From Ramazzottius varieornatus (lineage: Eukaryota; Animalia; Tardigrada): a stretch of 64,000 nt of DNA. Both the position numbers and the translations under genes were made by a program. Positions within the stretch are counted from its first letter, which is position 1. The number at the start of each line of letters is the position of its first letter. The stretch lies in assembly GCA_001949185.1 (NCBI GenBank), contig BDGG01000007.1, forward strand, positions 280,201 to 344,200, in the 5' to 3' direction. Positions 52,281 to 64,000 of the stretch are shown here, one piece after another. Below the pieces are notes generated by a model. The model did not search any database. It was not told the origin of the DNA and saw nothing but the letters and a program-made list of their open reading frames with translations.

Positions 52281-54596
52281 ATGGGAACTGCGGAACATTT
52301 TCCGGCAGGACATTGTACATTGGACCAGGCTTCGACCATCACTCCAGGTAAGCCAGCCCTTGCTACCGTGTATTCTTCCCTTACCAGATGGCATTTTCTA
52401 TGTAGCTCCAAGTAGCCTCTTCGACGGCACATCTCGACTCTCTCCCTCCCTGCGCCATGTCCTCTCCGACCAGGACATCCTGGCTTACCTCATCGACTTC
52501 ATGCAAGACCGAGGCATGCTTCACCTCTTGCGGTTCTGGATGGACTGCGAACAGTTCTATCGGATCTGCACAGCGCCCAAGAAGAACGACGAGGCAACCA
52601 ACGTGGCGTTTCCGCTGCCGTCAGCTGACGGCGATGGACCGTGTCATTCCGTCCCATTCCTGCCCGATATCATTCCCACCCATGGTCGAAACCATTCCGA
52701 GATCCGCCCCTCCAGTCTTGATGGCGTCAATCAAAACGAAACCACGGCGGAATTTACTGTGCGCTTCCAAAAAGGTACGATCAGTTTTTTCTTCGATAAT
52801 GGCGTTGTTCAACTTCTGTTTTTCTTCTGTAGATATGCAGGATAATGCTATCAGGATATACTCGCAATACATTTCTCCTGAAGCGCCAGAGTTTATCGGA
52901 GTGAACGAAGACATGCGGAGGCAAATTATGGATAACATGTGCGAGACTGACAGTCAAGTTGGCGTCGATTGCTTCCGCGCTGTTCAAGACAAAATTTACG
53001 AGATGCTCAACGACAAGTACGAAGCCTCTCCAGCGATCCAAGGAGAGTTTTTTAGCTCGGTAAAAGTTACTCACGAGTTTGTGTGGTTACAGAATTTTTC
53101 CGGATTTTCTGCAGAGTTATCACTTCCTCCGATACAAATCCGGCTTCGTCTTGAGCGATCGCATCTCAATTGCAGACATTCTAAACTGCAATCAGACCCT
53201 CGAATGCTTCGTGGAGTTCCTGGAGAACGTTGCAGGATTGGACTTGGTCCAGTTCATCCTCAGCGCGGCGCAGTTCGAGTCGCAGTGGAGAAGCGCGGAA
53301 ACGTTGGGTCATTATAACGCTGAATGGGCGCAGAAAGACGCCATCGTCGTCTACGAAAAGCAAGTCTTGTGTCGAAAGCTCCACCTTTATTTTGTTAACA
53401 TATATCTTGCAGATACATCTCGCTACAGGCGGAAAGACCCATTAATTTTTCCGACAGAACTCGAATCGCTGTGGAAGAAAGAATTTGTGCGGAAGACGGA
53501 ACGAAGAAGGACTGTTTCCGCGAAGCCGTGCATTTAATTTACTCACATGTCTCTCAGGTTAACCATGACCCATTCGATGCGATTAACTTTACGATATCAC
53601 TCAAATATTGCGAAAATTCGAAATGGTTTTTCTTTCAGGTGTATTTGCCCCGGTTCTTTAAAAGCGAGTCCTTCATGAAATATCTACTCGACTTGGATAA
53701 AGCTCTGAAGAAAGCTGTGGTTGTAGCTGGCATCATCCCGTCGTCTCGCTCCTCCGGGCGCAAAGGCAGGCAAAGTGATCAGCCCCAAATCCAATTATTA
53801 CTGTAATGAAACCCCAGCGAACTATCTACTGTAGGTTCGTTCCGGAATTTTCGTGGTAGAACAGGTCGCCGAAGTCTGAGTGCTACTCGCGTGCCTCATT
53901 CGTCCGTCTCGAACCCATCCACTCCATCCTTTAATCCAGAGCCTCTCAGCTACGCTGCTTCGCATACCGGAAGTGTACCGTCGAGCGTGAATGGAGCTCG
54001 GTCCTTGCAGCGAACTCGGGCGCAGAGTACGACCGAGAACTTCGACTGCGATAGCCGAAGTTCTCATTCCGTTGACATGTCTGGAGCCATCTGCCGATTA
54101 AAGTAAGGAACCCATTTTGAAACATCCTTGCCATCGATGAACTATGCCAGTGTGAATACTCCGTTGAGAATTTGGTTATTTAGTCGCTTTACTGTCCGCT
54201 CTGAAGTCGGACATGCCGACACACAAAATGCAAAAGCACACTTCTCCAAGTGGCGCACGTTACCGTTGGGGCTGGCTGGAAGCATGCGCCATGAAACGCA
54301 ATAATCATGTTAAGTTTTCTTGCCAGCCCCCCAGTTGATTGTATTGAATTGATTGTTGATTGGGTGACTCGTAATATTCCAGGAAGATGACGATGGGCGA
54401 AGTGGACGCTCTCGGACGTTTCGTTTCCTTCTCTGAGCCCGAACCGCTACCAGTCCAGTCCGAGGGTTTCTTCAAACGTACCGTTCGGAAAATGAATGGC
54501 AGTGCCGAGGCCAAGAGGAAGAGCGAACAAGCAGCGCTGGACGCTCAACGAATAATCGAAGACATTCTTTCACAAACAAATTCCATTAATTCGTGA
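52281..54596 (+). CDS. AKAP10: A-kinase anchor protein 10 (D-AKAP2; two RGS domains); start uncertain
   Basis: SRLSPSLRHVLSDQDILAYLIDFM..LLRFWMDCEQF; second RGS ..DAIVVYEK-YISLQA; MGEVDALGRFV and C-terminal AQRIIEDIL PKA-binding helix. Confidence 0.88.
54212..54293. repeat. GGCGCAC-N23 palindrome family, 1 unit (AKAP10 intron)
   Basis: caagtggcgcacg-ttaccgttggggctggctggaag-catgcgcca. Confidence 0.82.
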
Positions 54597-54864
54597 TCAT
54601 TCGTTCCCGGTCTCAATTTTTTGTATTTTATCGTGACTTCTGTGCGATCGTTGACTTTAGCGTTTCGTAGAAGTTCTAAGAAACAGTTGTTATGGGTTGA
54701 TTTCTTACCGGTGTGGAATTAAGCATGTATGGAGTAAAACGATAAAACTGGACAAAAAACGGTATAGATTAGCTTAAATAATAAAAACGCGTGTTCAGAC
54801 ATTCGTGAGAAGCTTCAGTGAGCAGTGCTTGAATAAACAGGGTATGAAGTACGTACAGAATCAA

Positions 54865-56288
54865 CTACAAATCGATGAAGATCAAGGCAAAGATAAGTAT
54901 GATGGCGACCCACAGGAAGATCTTGCTGACGAGTCCTTGTTGGGCATGGCCTGTAAGAGCTTCAAAATGATTCATGAAATTTATGGATACCCCAGAAAGG
55001 CCGGTATGACTCACAGACCTGGCGCTGCTTCCAGAAGTCCGAAGGTTTGAGCGAAGAACGTGAAAGGGAAGGCACCGAACCCGACCGTCATGTGAAAACC
55101 GTTGTTTCCTCCTCCGAATCCAAAGGGCTGAAATTAAAAACCAGTAAGACGTTTCGGGACAGTTCGCAACAATTCCTAGTGGAAACTGTACCGTAAAGTC
55201 AGGGTTGTGGTTGAAGTTGGCGTGTCTTGTTTGTTCGGTTCGCTGCGCTTGTGGACGAGGAGGGACAGCTTTGTTCCTACGAGGAAAACAATATGGATAC
55301 AGGTGCTTGTCGTACAGCGAGTGCCACCCGCGCGATACAGTCCAAACTGAGCCAATCACTTGCTGGTGCAAGCAGCAGTCGTCGCGCACCAGCATACAGA
55401 TGCGAAAACCGAGTCGGAAAGACCATCTCTGAATCTGTACAAGGATCCGCGCGGTTCCTGTACGTCTTTCAGAGAGCTACTACTAGGTTCCGACGGCGTC
55501 CAATGACTTACCGCGGATCTTCTCCCTTGGAATGTCTTCCGAACAGCGGGATGGCCTTCTCACGACTTATGGCAGCTTTGCAAACTGGACACGTCTGATG
55601 TCCTTCCGGGCGCATTTCCAACCATCCATGAAGACAAGGCCAACTACAGTTGAGAGATATAGTACATGCAGTCCTACCTGTGAGATGTGACAATCGCTTC
55701 TTCTGCAACCGAACAGCGTTTCCGCACGAGACTGCAGGCCATGCACGGCCCAGAACGATCAGCTGATCGACGTCTGGTTATGGCTTTACTTGATCTAGTA
55801 ATCAAGCGCGTGCGTAATCAGCTGATCGGTCTCATGTGAACAACATGGCGAGCAACTCCGTGCATATATGAACCATTCGGAACTGATTTCGGGCGTTTGA
55901 ACTATCACATCTCACAGGTAGGACTGTAAATCTTTCCGCTGCCCATATGATCACAGTTATCTTCGCCAGCAACGGAGCAAGCTATGCGAATCAGAATTCC
56001 ACTCAGAATCAGAACGAGGAATATTTCTCCCACTTACCAGAAAAGATGTCCACACAGGCTGACGACGGGATCATTGGGAGAATCCAGGCAAATATTACAC
56101 TCAAACAAGTTCTCCTTCGGTTTCTCTCCATCCTTCTCGCCCTTTCCAGTTTCTGCTTGTCCGAAGGCACTGGAGGATGTGGAAGGCGCGTGGACATCTG
56201 GGTCGTCTTGGTCCATGTTGACATCGTCCATCCTCGACGTGCTCGGCGTGTCGTCCATCACTCGCGAACTCTTCGGGCTGTGCGCCAC
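54865..56288 (-). CDS. RNF185: RING E3 ligase RNF5/RNF185-like
   Basis: [62 protein letters not shown]-terminal TM. Confidence 0.9.
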
Positions 56289-57109
56289 TCACTCTGCTCC
56301 GCAGTTGAAAGTAAACAAAGGTTTAGTCGTAAACGAGATACCAGGATAATCCTGGCAGGATTGAGGAACACTCCTCGAGAAGATACTCATCCGAAAAATA
56401 ACTTTTCCACTGACGTGTTTCTCTCATGTCTAGAGACTGGAAAAAGTTTTTACATCGGTAAAATTTGTAAAACGCGTACGCTTGTTTTCTCTGATCCGTA
56501 CGATATCGTACGAGTGCAAGTGGCCGCTGTGCAGGAGCCAGAGAAACTAGAGGGGGTCTCTGTCTCTCTGCAAGAGCCACGCAGCTGGTACGACTTGATG
56601 CGTCCCACGTGTCATTGCGGTGATTTGCACGATAACCACGTGGCTCGTACACATATGGAATAGACTCAAGTCCTGCTGTTGCTCGCTCATGCTTCGTAAC
56701 GTGAGTCGTAGTTCGACTCCTGCAGCGTGCGAAAACGTCACTTGGGCCGATTGACAATCAAGTCGTGTTAAAACATTTTCCAGACTCTATTTATGTCCGA
56801 GCTTAGGTCTATCATTTCGGTTGCCTTGATTGGTTACGACTTTCAGCTTGAATGACCGACCGCAAGACTACATCAGAAATTTTCCGTGACGTCACCGTTA
56901 CGTCATTAGCCACCGATCTGGTAATTCTTTTTGGCGAACTGACTCAATCTCGTCCCTCAAAGCAATGTATCTACACAACCTTTCAAGAAAGCATGAAGTA
57001 TCTATCCGGACATATAACTAGTTAGTATCACATCACGCACACATTTTCGCAAAGAAAAAAATTAAATGGGGCAGTCACCCATCGAACCCAAATGCAGCTC
57101 AAAAATCCT

Positions 57110-57761
57110 TCAAGGGTAGAAGAATGCCCGCGAACCGTATGCTGCGTCCGGTTTCGGGTAGTCTTCAGGCAGCGACGGCGTGGGTTCGTACTCCCGAATA
57201 GGTTGCCAGTTGGGTTTTGGCCGAGTAGAATCGTGGATGCGCACTTGGGCGAAGTGCCCGATGACGGGAGGATCTTGACCAAGATGCTCTTTCACGCAGT
57301 GATCAAAATACGCTTGAGATCTCCGGCAACTACAAAGCACAAAAAGTGTCCAAGCGGCTCTTTGGAGTCCGAGAAACGGTACTTACTATTTAGGATTCAT
57401 TTCTGGTGTCTGATTTTCCACACAGTGCCAGTGTCGCTCGAACTGGCGATAGCAATGCTTCTTGATTTTGCGAAAGAAATCCAGGCTGCATTCCGTCACC
57501 TGCTTGCCTTCCTTCAGGCACCGTCTTGGGTCCTTTTCTTCAGCGCGACATAACATAAACTCCTATGAAACAAGGACGCATACGGCTTACCGAACGTGTT
57601 TCGGAGTGAAAAAGAAGAAGAGGGCTTAATACCTTGTTGATATCATCGCAGTACTTTCCAACTTGTGTGGCCGCAGCCTTCAACGCAGGGCTTGATAGCT
57701 TGATCTCCTCCACGGCCAACTCATCGTAGGTAGGAAGCAGTACATCCTTGGTGATCACCAT
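57110..57761 (-). CDS. NDUFA8: NADH dehydrogenase 1 alpha subcomplex subunit 8
   Basis: [30 protein letters not shown], twin CX9C-type Cys spacing, [20 protein letters not shown]. Confidence 0.92.
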
Positions 57762-58699
57762 GATTGGCGCAGCAAGCAGAATGTAAAAATCCCGCTTTTC
57801 AGATCAGATGGAAGGAAGCTTGCGCAGCCAGTTTGAGCCAGAAGAACCGAAAAACGGAAAAGGGGGAGAAATTCGAGCAGCTGATCGTGAAACCCTGGGG
57901 TCTCCACTTCAGACGCAAGGGTAAGCCGGGCGACCTTTGCTGCTCGCCCCCAGGCGTATTCAAGAGAATTTTGAGCCAGTGGCGCGGACCTGTTGCGGCT
58001 ACGCCCAATGGCTCGTCCACTTCGTTTACGTTTTCCATAACTTTCGCATGGTCCGTTTTCCAGATATCGATTTCTGAAGTCCGTCCAGGCGATTTGATGT
58101 GACGCAGTGATAGTCTGGTACCTTGTCGTCTTCTGTTTCTAGATTTGGACGCCTTCAGGAAGAAAGATGGCTAAAGTCGATGCAGTGAAAGCCAAGGTCC
58201 TTGTCAGTATCAACGGGCGATTTCTCGAGACTACCCACCTGGTCGACTGTACGATCAGTGATATCGAAGCTTTCAAGTAGTATACCTTGGCGAAGCCTTT
58301 TGTGAAGCCATCCAAAGGAAGCATTCGCGGTCTTGTGGAAGGAGTTTGGCGGATGCTGCTTTAGTATGGGGACGGAAACATTTGCGTTCGCTTTATCCGT
58401 TTCTACAAGACTCCCGTCATCGATCTGGAAGCTCTGCCGGAAGTGATCATTGACGGCCCACCTCGCGCTCTTCATCTAGAAATTCGGTAGGGTATTCCAT
58501 GGCTGCAGCTGGTTGCACGGTGTTTCAATAACGTTTAAATTTCTTTTTAGAAGGCGAAACTGACTAGACGTGCTGATGGGCCTATACGATCAGGAGGTTG
58601 TAACCTCACTTACTTGTTTGGTGGAACAAAGCGCCATTGTATCTCTACCTCTGACTCAGAGACGAGGACCTGTTTTCTTCACTGTTCGATTCTAGTCCG

Positions 58700-59133
58700 A
58701 GTACTCGGAGCCGGCGAAGCTCAGCAAGCTAGGGCAGGCGCAGCATGATGCAGTATTGTTGTCTTCAGATTGACGAAGTATCCAGGTCCATCGACACTTT
58801 CTGATGGCGCACGCGCCGGTCTTTCGAGCCATGTTCGAATCCGGCATGAAGGGGTGCGTTACGGGGGAATGCCGCATCACCGGAATCAGTGGCGAAGTTC
58901 TGCAGCTGATGGTGGACTACATGCTTGGTAAAGGAATTGGGTTTGTAGAAGATGTGGACATGATAAGACAACTGCTGGTCGCTGCCGACGTGTACAGTGT
59001 CGATCTGGCCAACTTCAAAGCTCGATGCGATAGTCGCCTCGTGTTTACGCTTCGCGAAAAAAGGGAAAAGTTATCTGGGGCAGTTGGCGGACCAGTTGGT
59101 CATGGTGTGCTGAAGAAGACTTTTGTAGCGTAA
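58700..59133 (+). pseudogene. SPOP-type BTB domain fragment
   Basis: HDAVLLSSD*RSIQVHRHFLMAHAPVFRAMFESGMK...LLVAADVY..KARC; in-frame TGA at 58771-58773. Confidence 0.7.
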
Positions 59134-60744
59134 ATAACTCTCACCACGGCAAAAAGCCTGCAACAAAATTGCTGGCTCAGGCGGTGGGCTAATTCACACT
59201 GCACCTCGATTAATAATTTTTATCGTCCGACTAACGAGGAACTTTAAACGGACGTCAGCTTCAGCTAAACTTTGAGTTGATAGAGAACCTGATGGTCCCG
59301 GCGCTCTGCCTGTTGTTCAATACAAAATCCCACTTCACAAGTCTTCCAGACAAGCCACCACTGATACTTTCCTATCCGTCATACGAGTCACCCTCTCTTT
59401 CTTTAGGACCTGTAGGCTACCCGTTCGTCTCAGAGAATTACCTCGCCAGTGTCCGCCAGTTGATCCCGGTACTCCAAAGAGCCTTTGCCAAGCGTCCTCG
59501 ACTTTGATCCTGGAGGAACCTCAGGCTTCGCTGACCATCGACAGGTTTATCCACCAAGGAAGATCGGAGGACCTCGTAGACCTCTAAGTCAGCCAGTTAG
59601 GCTTTACAGAAGACCGGCAAAAGCTGGAGTTCGTACTGCACTTTACTGATCAAAATTTAACTGAAGAAGAAAAAGAGTCTCGAACAACTGACAGCTTTCA
59701 GCTTATATACTTCTCGAGATACGCCGCCTACAGGGCTGGCTTGATACCTCGAGGAAATGCCCTGTCAGTCATACACTCATCGTACTCGTACACTCGTGGA
59801 GAATTTCCAATTTTAAATCCTGTACGAAATTCTCGCTACACTTTGGAGGAATATTGCGCGAAGAAGAAAGCAAAGTGGGAAAACGCAAAAACGTGGAGGA
59901 TCGTATTGCCGATCGGATTTGTCACAAGGTGCGAAGCCCTCCTATCAGAGCTTCCATAACGTTGTGGCAGATTTACAAGCGCAAAAATAATTCCCTGCTT
60001 TTTTCTGTCGGGTAAATAGCCAGTACAAGTACCTTATCCAGGATGTACGAGTCTTGCTTCAGTTTTGTTCTACTGTAGTATTAACAGAAGAGGTGACTAA
60101 CAAATACCTACATTGAACGCCGGGTTTTGTTGTGCTTAATTCAGGCAAAAATTGGTAAATGCACTTGTCATAACTGCTGAGCGATACTGATTGGGTAGGG
60201 TTAGTAAGGATGATAGTAACTGTAATGGAGGTTATGGGATGTGCTGTTTGCTTGCATATCGGGACCGCTTGTTTCCTGCGTCTTGTCGTTGTCCGCAAGC
60301 TCCTTTATCAGGAAAGTGATCGATGCCGCCAAAGTGATGGTCTGCGGAGGAAAAAATTATCATATCGGTGCACCAAGTCCATATCAATTGCAAGAAATAA
60401 TCATAGTGGAGAATGGGAATGTAACCATACACCGATCAGCACTCCGCGTCTGTAGACAAACAGACCCCCCCCCCCCCATTAATGTCGCAAACATGCTTTC
60501 CGGCACTTTCGGAAAACTGGAAGACCTCTTGCTCCAAGTGCTTCACCTGGACCGACCAGAGAAATTCACTTATAGAGGAGGTACGTACATCTTCAAAGGT
60601 GCACAGTTCCCTTCAGCCTCACCTGCTTATCCGTTTTGGAGAAGCGATGTTTTAGGGCGCAGTTCAGTTTGCAGAGCAAGGACGGTATCATGGTACTCTA
60701 CAAATGCATAAAACTACCGTAAATATGTAAAAGGCTCATGCACA

Positions 60745-61782
60745 TTAACCTGTAGTACAGCGACCAGGTTTTCTATTCACAACTCCAGGCACTGTCCGGT
60801 CTGGAAAACCCTTACATTCTCGGACGAACCAAAGTCCGAATACGGTCCCATAACTGGCAAAGATCATAACACCAAGTTCCCAAGACTTTTCAGATTTACC
60901 ATAGCTGCTAGCGACTCGCGACAAACAGCCAGCCAATATGACAAAGTCGGCACAGCAAATGGTAAACAATATCCAGCTCAAAGTCTGATTGAATTTCTCA
61001 CAGTAGGTAAGAACTTCAATGTGCTTGACGGACTGCCAAATACGAACCCGTTCGCACAGTTCATTTAAATGGACGACTTCATCTGGGTTTTGCACCCCAG
61101 CAATAGGTCCTTCAATCTCGTCAATAAGTCCTCGTAATTTGCCGGACAAAACTCGCGCACATAGCATTGCTCATAGGAATATCCGTTGAACCGCGAAGAA
61201 TGGAATGGTCTGTGCAAGAAAGTACCACAGTTGTAGCTTCCATTACGGAATGTGGCCAGGGAATGGGAGGTTTTGGTCATGGTTCAAGTTGAACTTCCAA
61301 CGTCTGAGATCGGTAGCAGTTTCAACCGCGAACCATGCAAGACGCAACAGCAGTGTCAAAGTCATCAACTGCCAAGAAAGAGTATCGAATCGCTTCCGGT
61401 ATTTCATTTCCGGACTGGATCCAATAAGGTTACTCGTGAGCTCAGAAAGGTTCCGCCAAGCACCGTGTTTTGTCCGAAAAATTACTTGTACCAAAATCGA
61501 TCGGAGCATCGACACGACAGACGGTACCATGTCCAGCAGCCACATGACAGGGCTGCTGGTGAGCGGCATAGATCTCGGATACTTATAGCCAAGGGTCAGT
61601 ATTTCAAGCAGAACGCACAGATACAGCACTTGGCACAGGAAGAAGGCCACTGACAGACACTTTAGTCCCACCTGGAGAAGGGTTTTACCGACGGTCACCG
61701 CGGATGTTTCCCGGTTTTCCGAGTCGTTAGAAAGCGGTACGTAGCCCATGGCCTTCGAGATCAGCATCTGGGCAACGAACAT
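60745..61782 (-). pseudogene. Gustatory-receptor-like 7TM pseudogene
   Basis: Same-frame ORFs interrupted by TAA (61243-61245) and TGA (61171-61173); clearly paralogous to gene at 63039-64000 (QLWYF.AQ.IPFFA; ERV..WQ.V.HI..L.Y.EKFN...SWILF); no TM7 exon seen. Confidence 0.65.
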
Positions 61783-63038
61783 CGTCGGCAGAGCTGAACG
61801 TCAAATGCACTGCTTGAAAGACTGTAAAATGTCAAGCAGGACAGTGCTGAACAGAAAAAATCTGTTTCTCTATATTACTTGATCGCGTGAACAGTAAATG
61901 GGACATGGGTAGGAGTCTTCATATTGCGCAATTGGTTCTTGCGAGAAGAGGGATTGCGTCTAAACGGTACGGTGCGGCTGGCATCGGTCGCAGGACCGAA
62001 AAGTCGTGGAAAACTTGCCTCAACCAATCAACGGGCTCCGGAATTCACAAGGCGGTCTGTCTCTTCGCAAGAATCAATTTCGTAATACTTGAGGACTCCC
62101 GCCCACGTCCCGAGAGCCCGGGGTGAGAGTCGTACAGGCTGCAGTACAATGATATATGATGTAACATCTGGTCATACTGGCCCAGTGCCTATCCTTTTTC
62201 CACCCACTGTCGCCATCCGCACATAGTTCTGATTGGCTTTGAGTACCACGTGATGCCCAGCTTTGACTGGGTTCGCACTGTGTTGCCATCAGCTGCACGA
62301 TTTAAAAACTTGGTCTTCCGCCAGACAGAAATCGCAGTTTCGACAGTGTTCTTGGGAAAAGGATTGGCAATAATACTGGGCAACGGAGACTCATCACGTG
62401 GTTAAGTGCGCGTTGAACTAATGACATTACAGTACCGTTTGCCAGTAGCACTTTTCAAACCATTATGCAATTTCACCATCGATCTACAGTATGGTACGAA
62501 ATTTGGCACTGCTAGTTTGCCACGCGGCGCTGAAACCTCAAGGAAATACGCACTGACGCTGACCATGGGTGATCCCGGGGTTGCTGGTCTTCTGGATCGC
62601 TCCGTATGACTCAGATTGTAATGATGTTGCACTTGATATCCCCAGCAACTTACAGTAATGCAGGTAACGTAATGATGCGCAACGGCTGGGCCAGGCTGGC
62701 GCGTCGTGCAATGGTTACGCCGGTTTTGCCTGGTGAACCAATGTGATCTACTCTTAATATAGAACGCCGACGCTTTGATGGATCGACTTCCACGAGATTG
62801 GGAACAATTGTCAGTTTATGGAGACCTGACTAAGAGCCTAAGACTGCAGCCCACCGTATCGGCGGCGATTGTCAGATGTTAGGCCGTACGAGTACTCCCA
62901 GTATCAGTTACAGATGTGGCAAAGCTGGACCAGCGTAGGTCCGTTCTAGGGCGACAGAGCACTCAGAGCTACCGCTCCGAACAAAAATAGGGCAATTTTT
63001 TTCATTAAATCTGTCAAGGACCGAAATCTTGTTGGTGA

Positions 63039-64000
63039 TCACACTGTACAGTTCGCAGATGATCCACCAGTTTTCTCGTTGCCCGCGAGCTCTTTAATTA
63101 GGAACGTCATGGATCCGGCTAGGGTGACCGTCTGCAAAACACATCCGATTTGGATAAGAGTATGTTTCGTTTGATCGCTGGACACTTCTGCCCGGTGCCG
63201 CGTAACTTACACCCATCAGCAGTGCTCTGGTGTAAGTAAACAGTCCCCCACCATTAATCGCACAAATATGATCTCTGGCGCGCTCAGCGAAGTGGGACAC
63301 TTCGTCATACAGTTGTTCAGCCTGCAACAAAGGCTAATGCGCCATAATGCTAATCGTAACCCGGAGTAAAGTGAGTTGAAAAACTAAAGTGTGGTAAGAG
63401 ACTTTCACCTGTTTGTCTTTCATTGAGTTGTACCGAAGCTTGATTGCACAGCTTAATTTGTAAAGTAGCGATGGGAGTTTGACGCTCTGTGAGTTGAAAC
63501 AGATAAAGATTAGGCATTCTGCATCCGCTTTTCAGTTGGAAAGAGAGCTCACGGTACGTTTTCGTAAATTTGAGCGAAGTAGATTCCAAACAAGGTCCCA
63601 TAACTGGCGAAAATACCAGCGGCGACAAAGTCCCGTACGAGCTCCGATCTGACGTCAGGATCCTCAAAGCTGCTAGCGAGCCGCGACAAGTAACCAACCA
63701 ACGTTACGAAGTCCAAGCAATAAATAACGAAAAGTATCCAACTGAACACATCGTTAAATTTTTCGCTGTAGGCTAAAAGCCGGATATGTTGTACAGTTTG
63801 CCAGGCAGCCACTCTTTCTCTTAGCATGTTAAGATCTACGCTGCTTCCGTAGTCTCGTACCATGACAATAGATTCTTGGACCCCTCTGTTCAACTGCCTA
63901 AGATTGTCGGACAAGACTCTTCCGCAAAGTATCCCGCAGACAAAGATCTGCTGACTTGCGAAAAACGGTATTTTCTGTGCGAAGAAGTACCACAGCTGCA
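63039..64000 (-). CDS. Gustatory-receptor-like 7TM protein (5' part outside window)
   Basis: Open TM-rich exon 63549-64000, then exon with AINGGGLFTYTRALLMG (GR-type pre-TM7 motif) and last exon TVTLAGSMTFLIKE..*. Confidence 0.62.

Noticed and set aside
58771-61245. In-frame TGA codons as selenocysteine or readthrough
   Set aside because: They occur in decayed genes, one alongside a TAA; BTB and GR families are not selenoproteins; no SECIS evident

Overview
Eukaryotic, intron-containing DNA from a compact invertebrate animal genome. Short GT-AG introns, tight gene spacing and divergent GR-like and BTB-gene families suggest a tardigrade-like genome, but that is inference only. Positions 1-35 kb and 52-58 kb hold conserved genes: a BTBD1/2/3/6-like gene, OXCT1/SCOT, ANKRD13, ARMC8, SLC35B1, NF1, troponin T, an OATP/SLCO transporter, AKAP10, RNF5/185 and NDUFA8. 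Positions 35-52 kb and 58-64 kb are accessory. They contain tRNA-Pro(TGG), gustatory-receptor-like genes and pseudogenes, BTB pseudogenes, a Ly6-like gene, several MITEs, a non-autonomous hAT element with a perfect 8-bp TSD, and an intron-containing Merlin (IS1595-like) transposon inserted into a BTB gene. The most striking unexplained structure is a dispersed, mostly intronic modular repeat. Each unit has 13-bp inverted arms (CAAGTGGCGCACG / CGTGCGCCACTTG) around an almost invariant-length 23-nt spacer. About 17 units occur at 11 loci, singly or in ~73-75-bp tandem arrays, 7 loci in NF1 introns. Gene boundaries were assembled by eye from ORF fragments and splice signals, so they are approximate.
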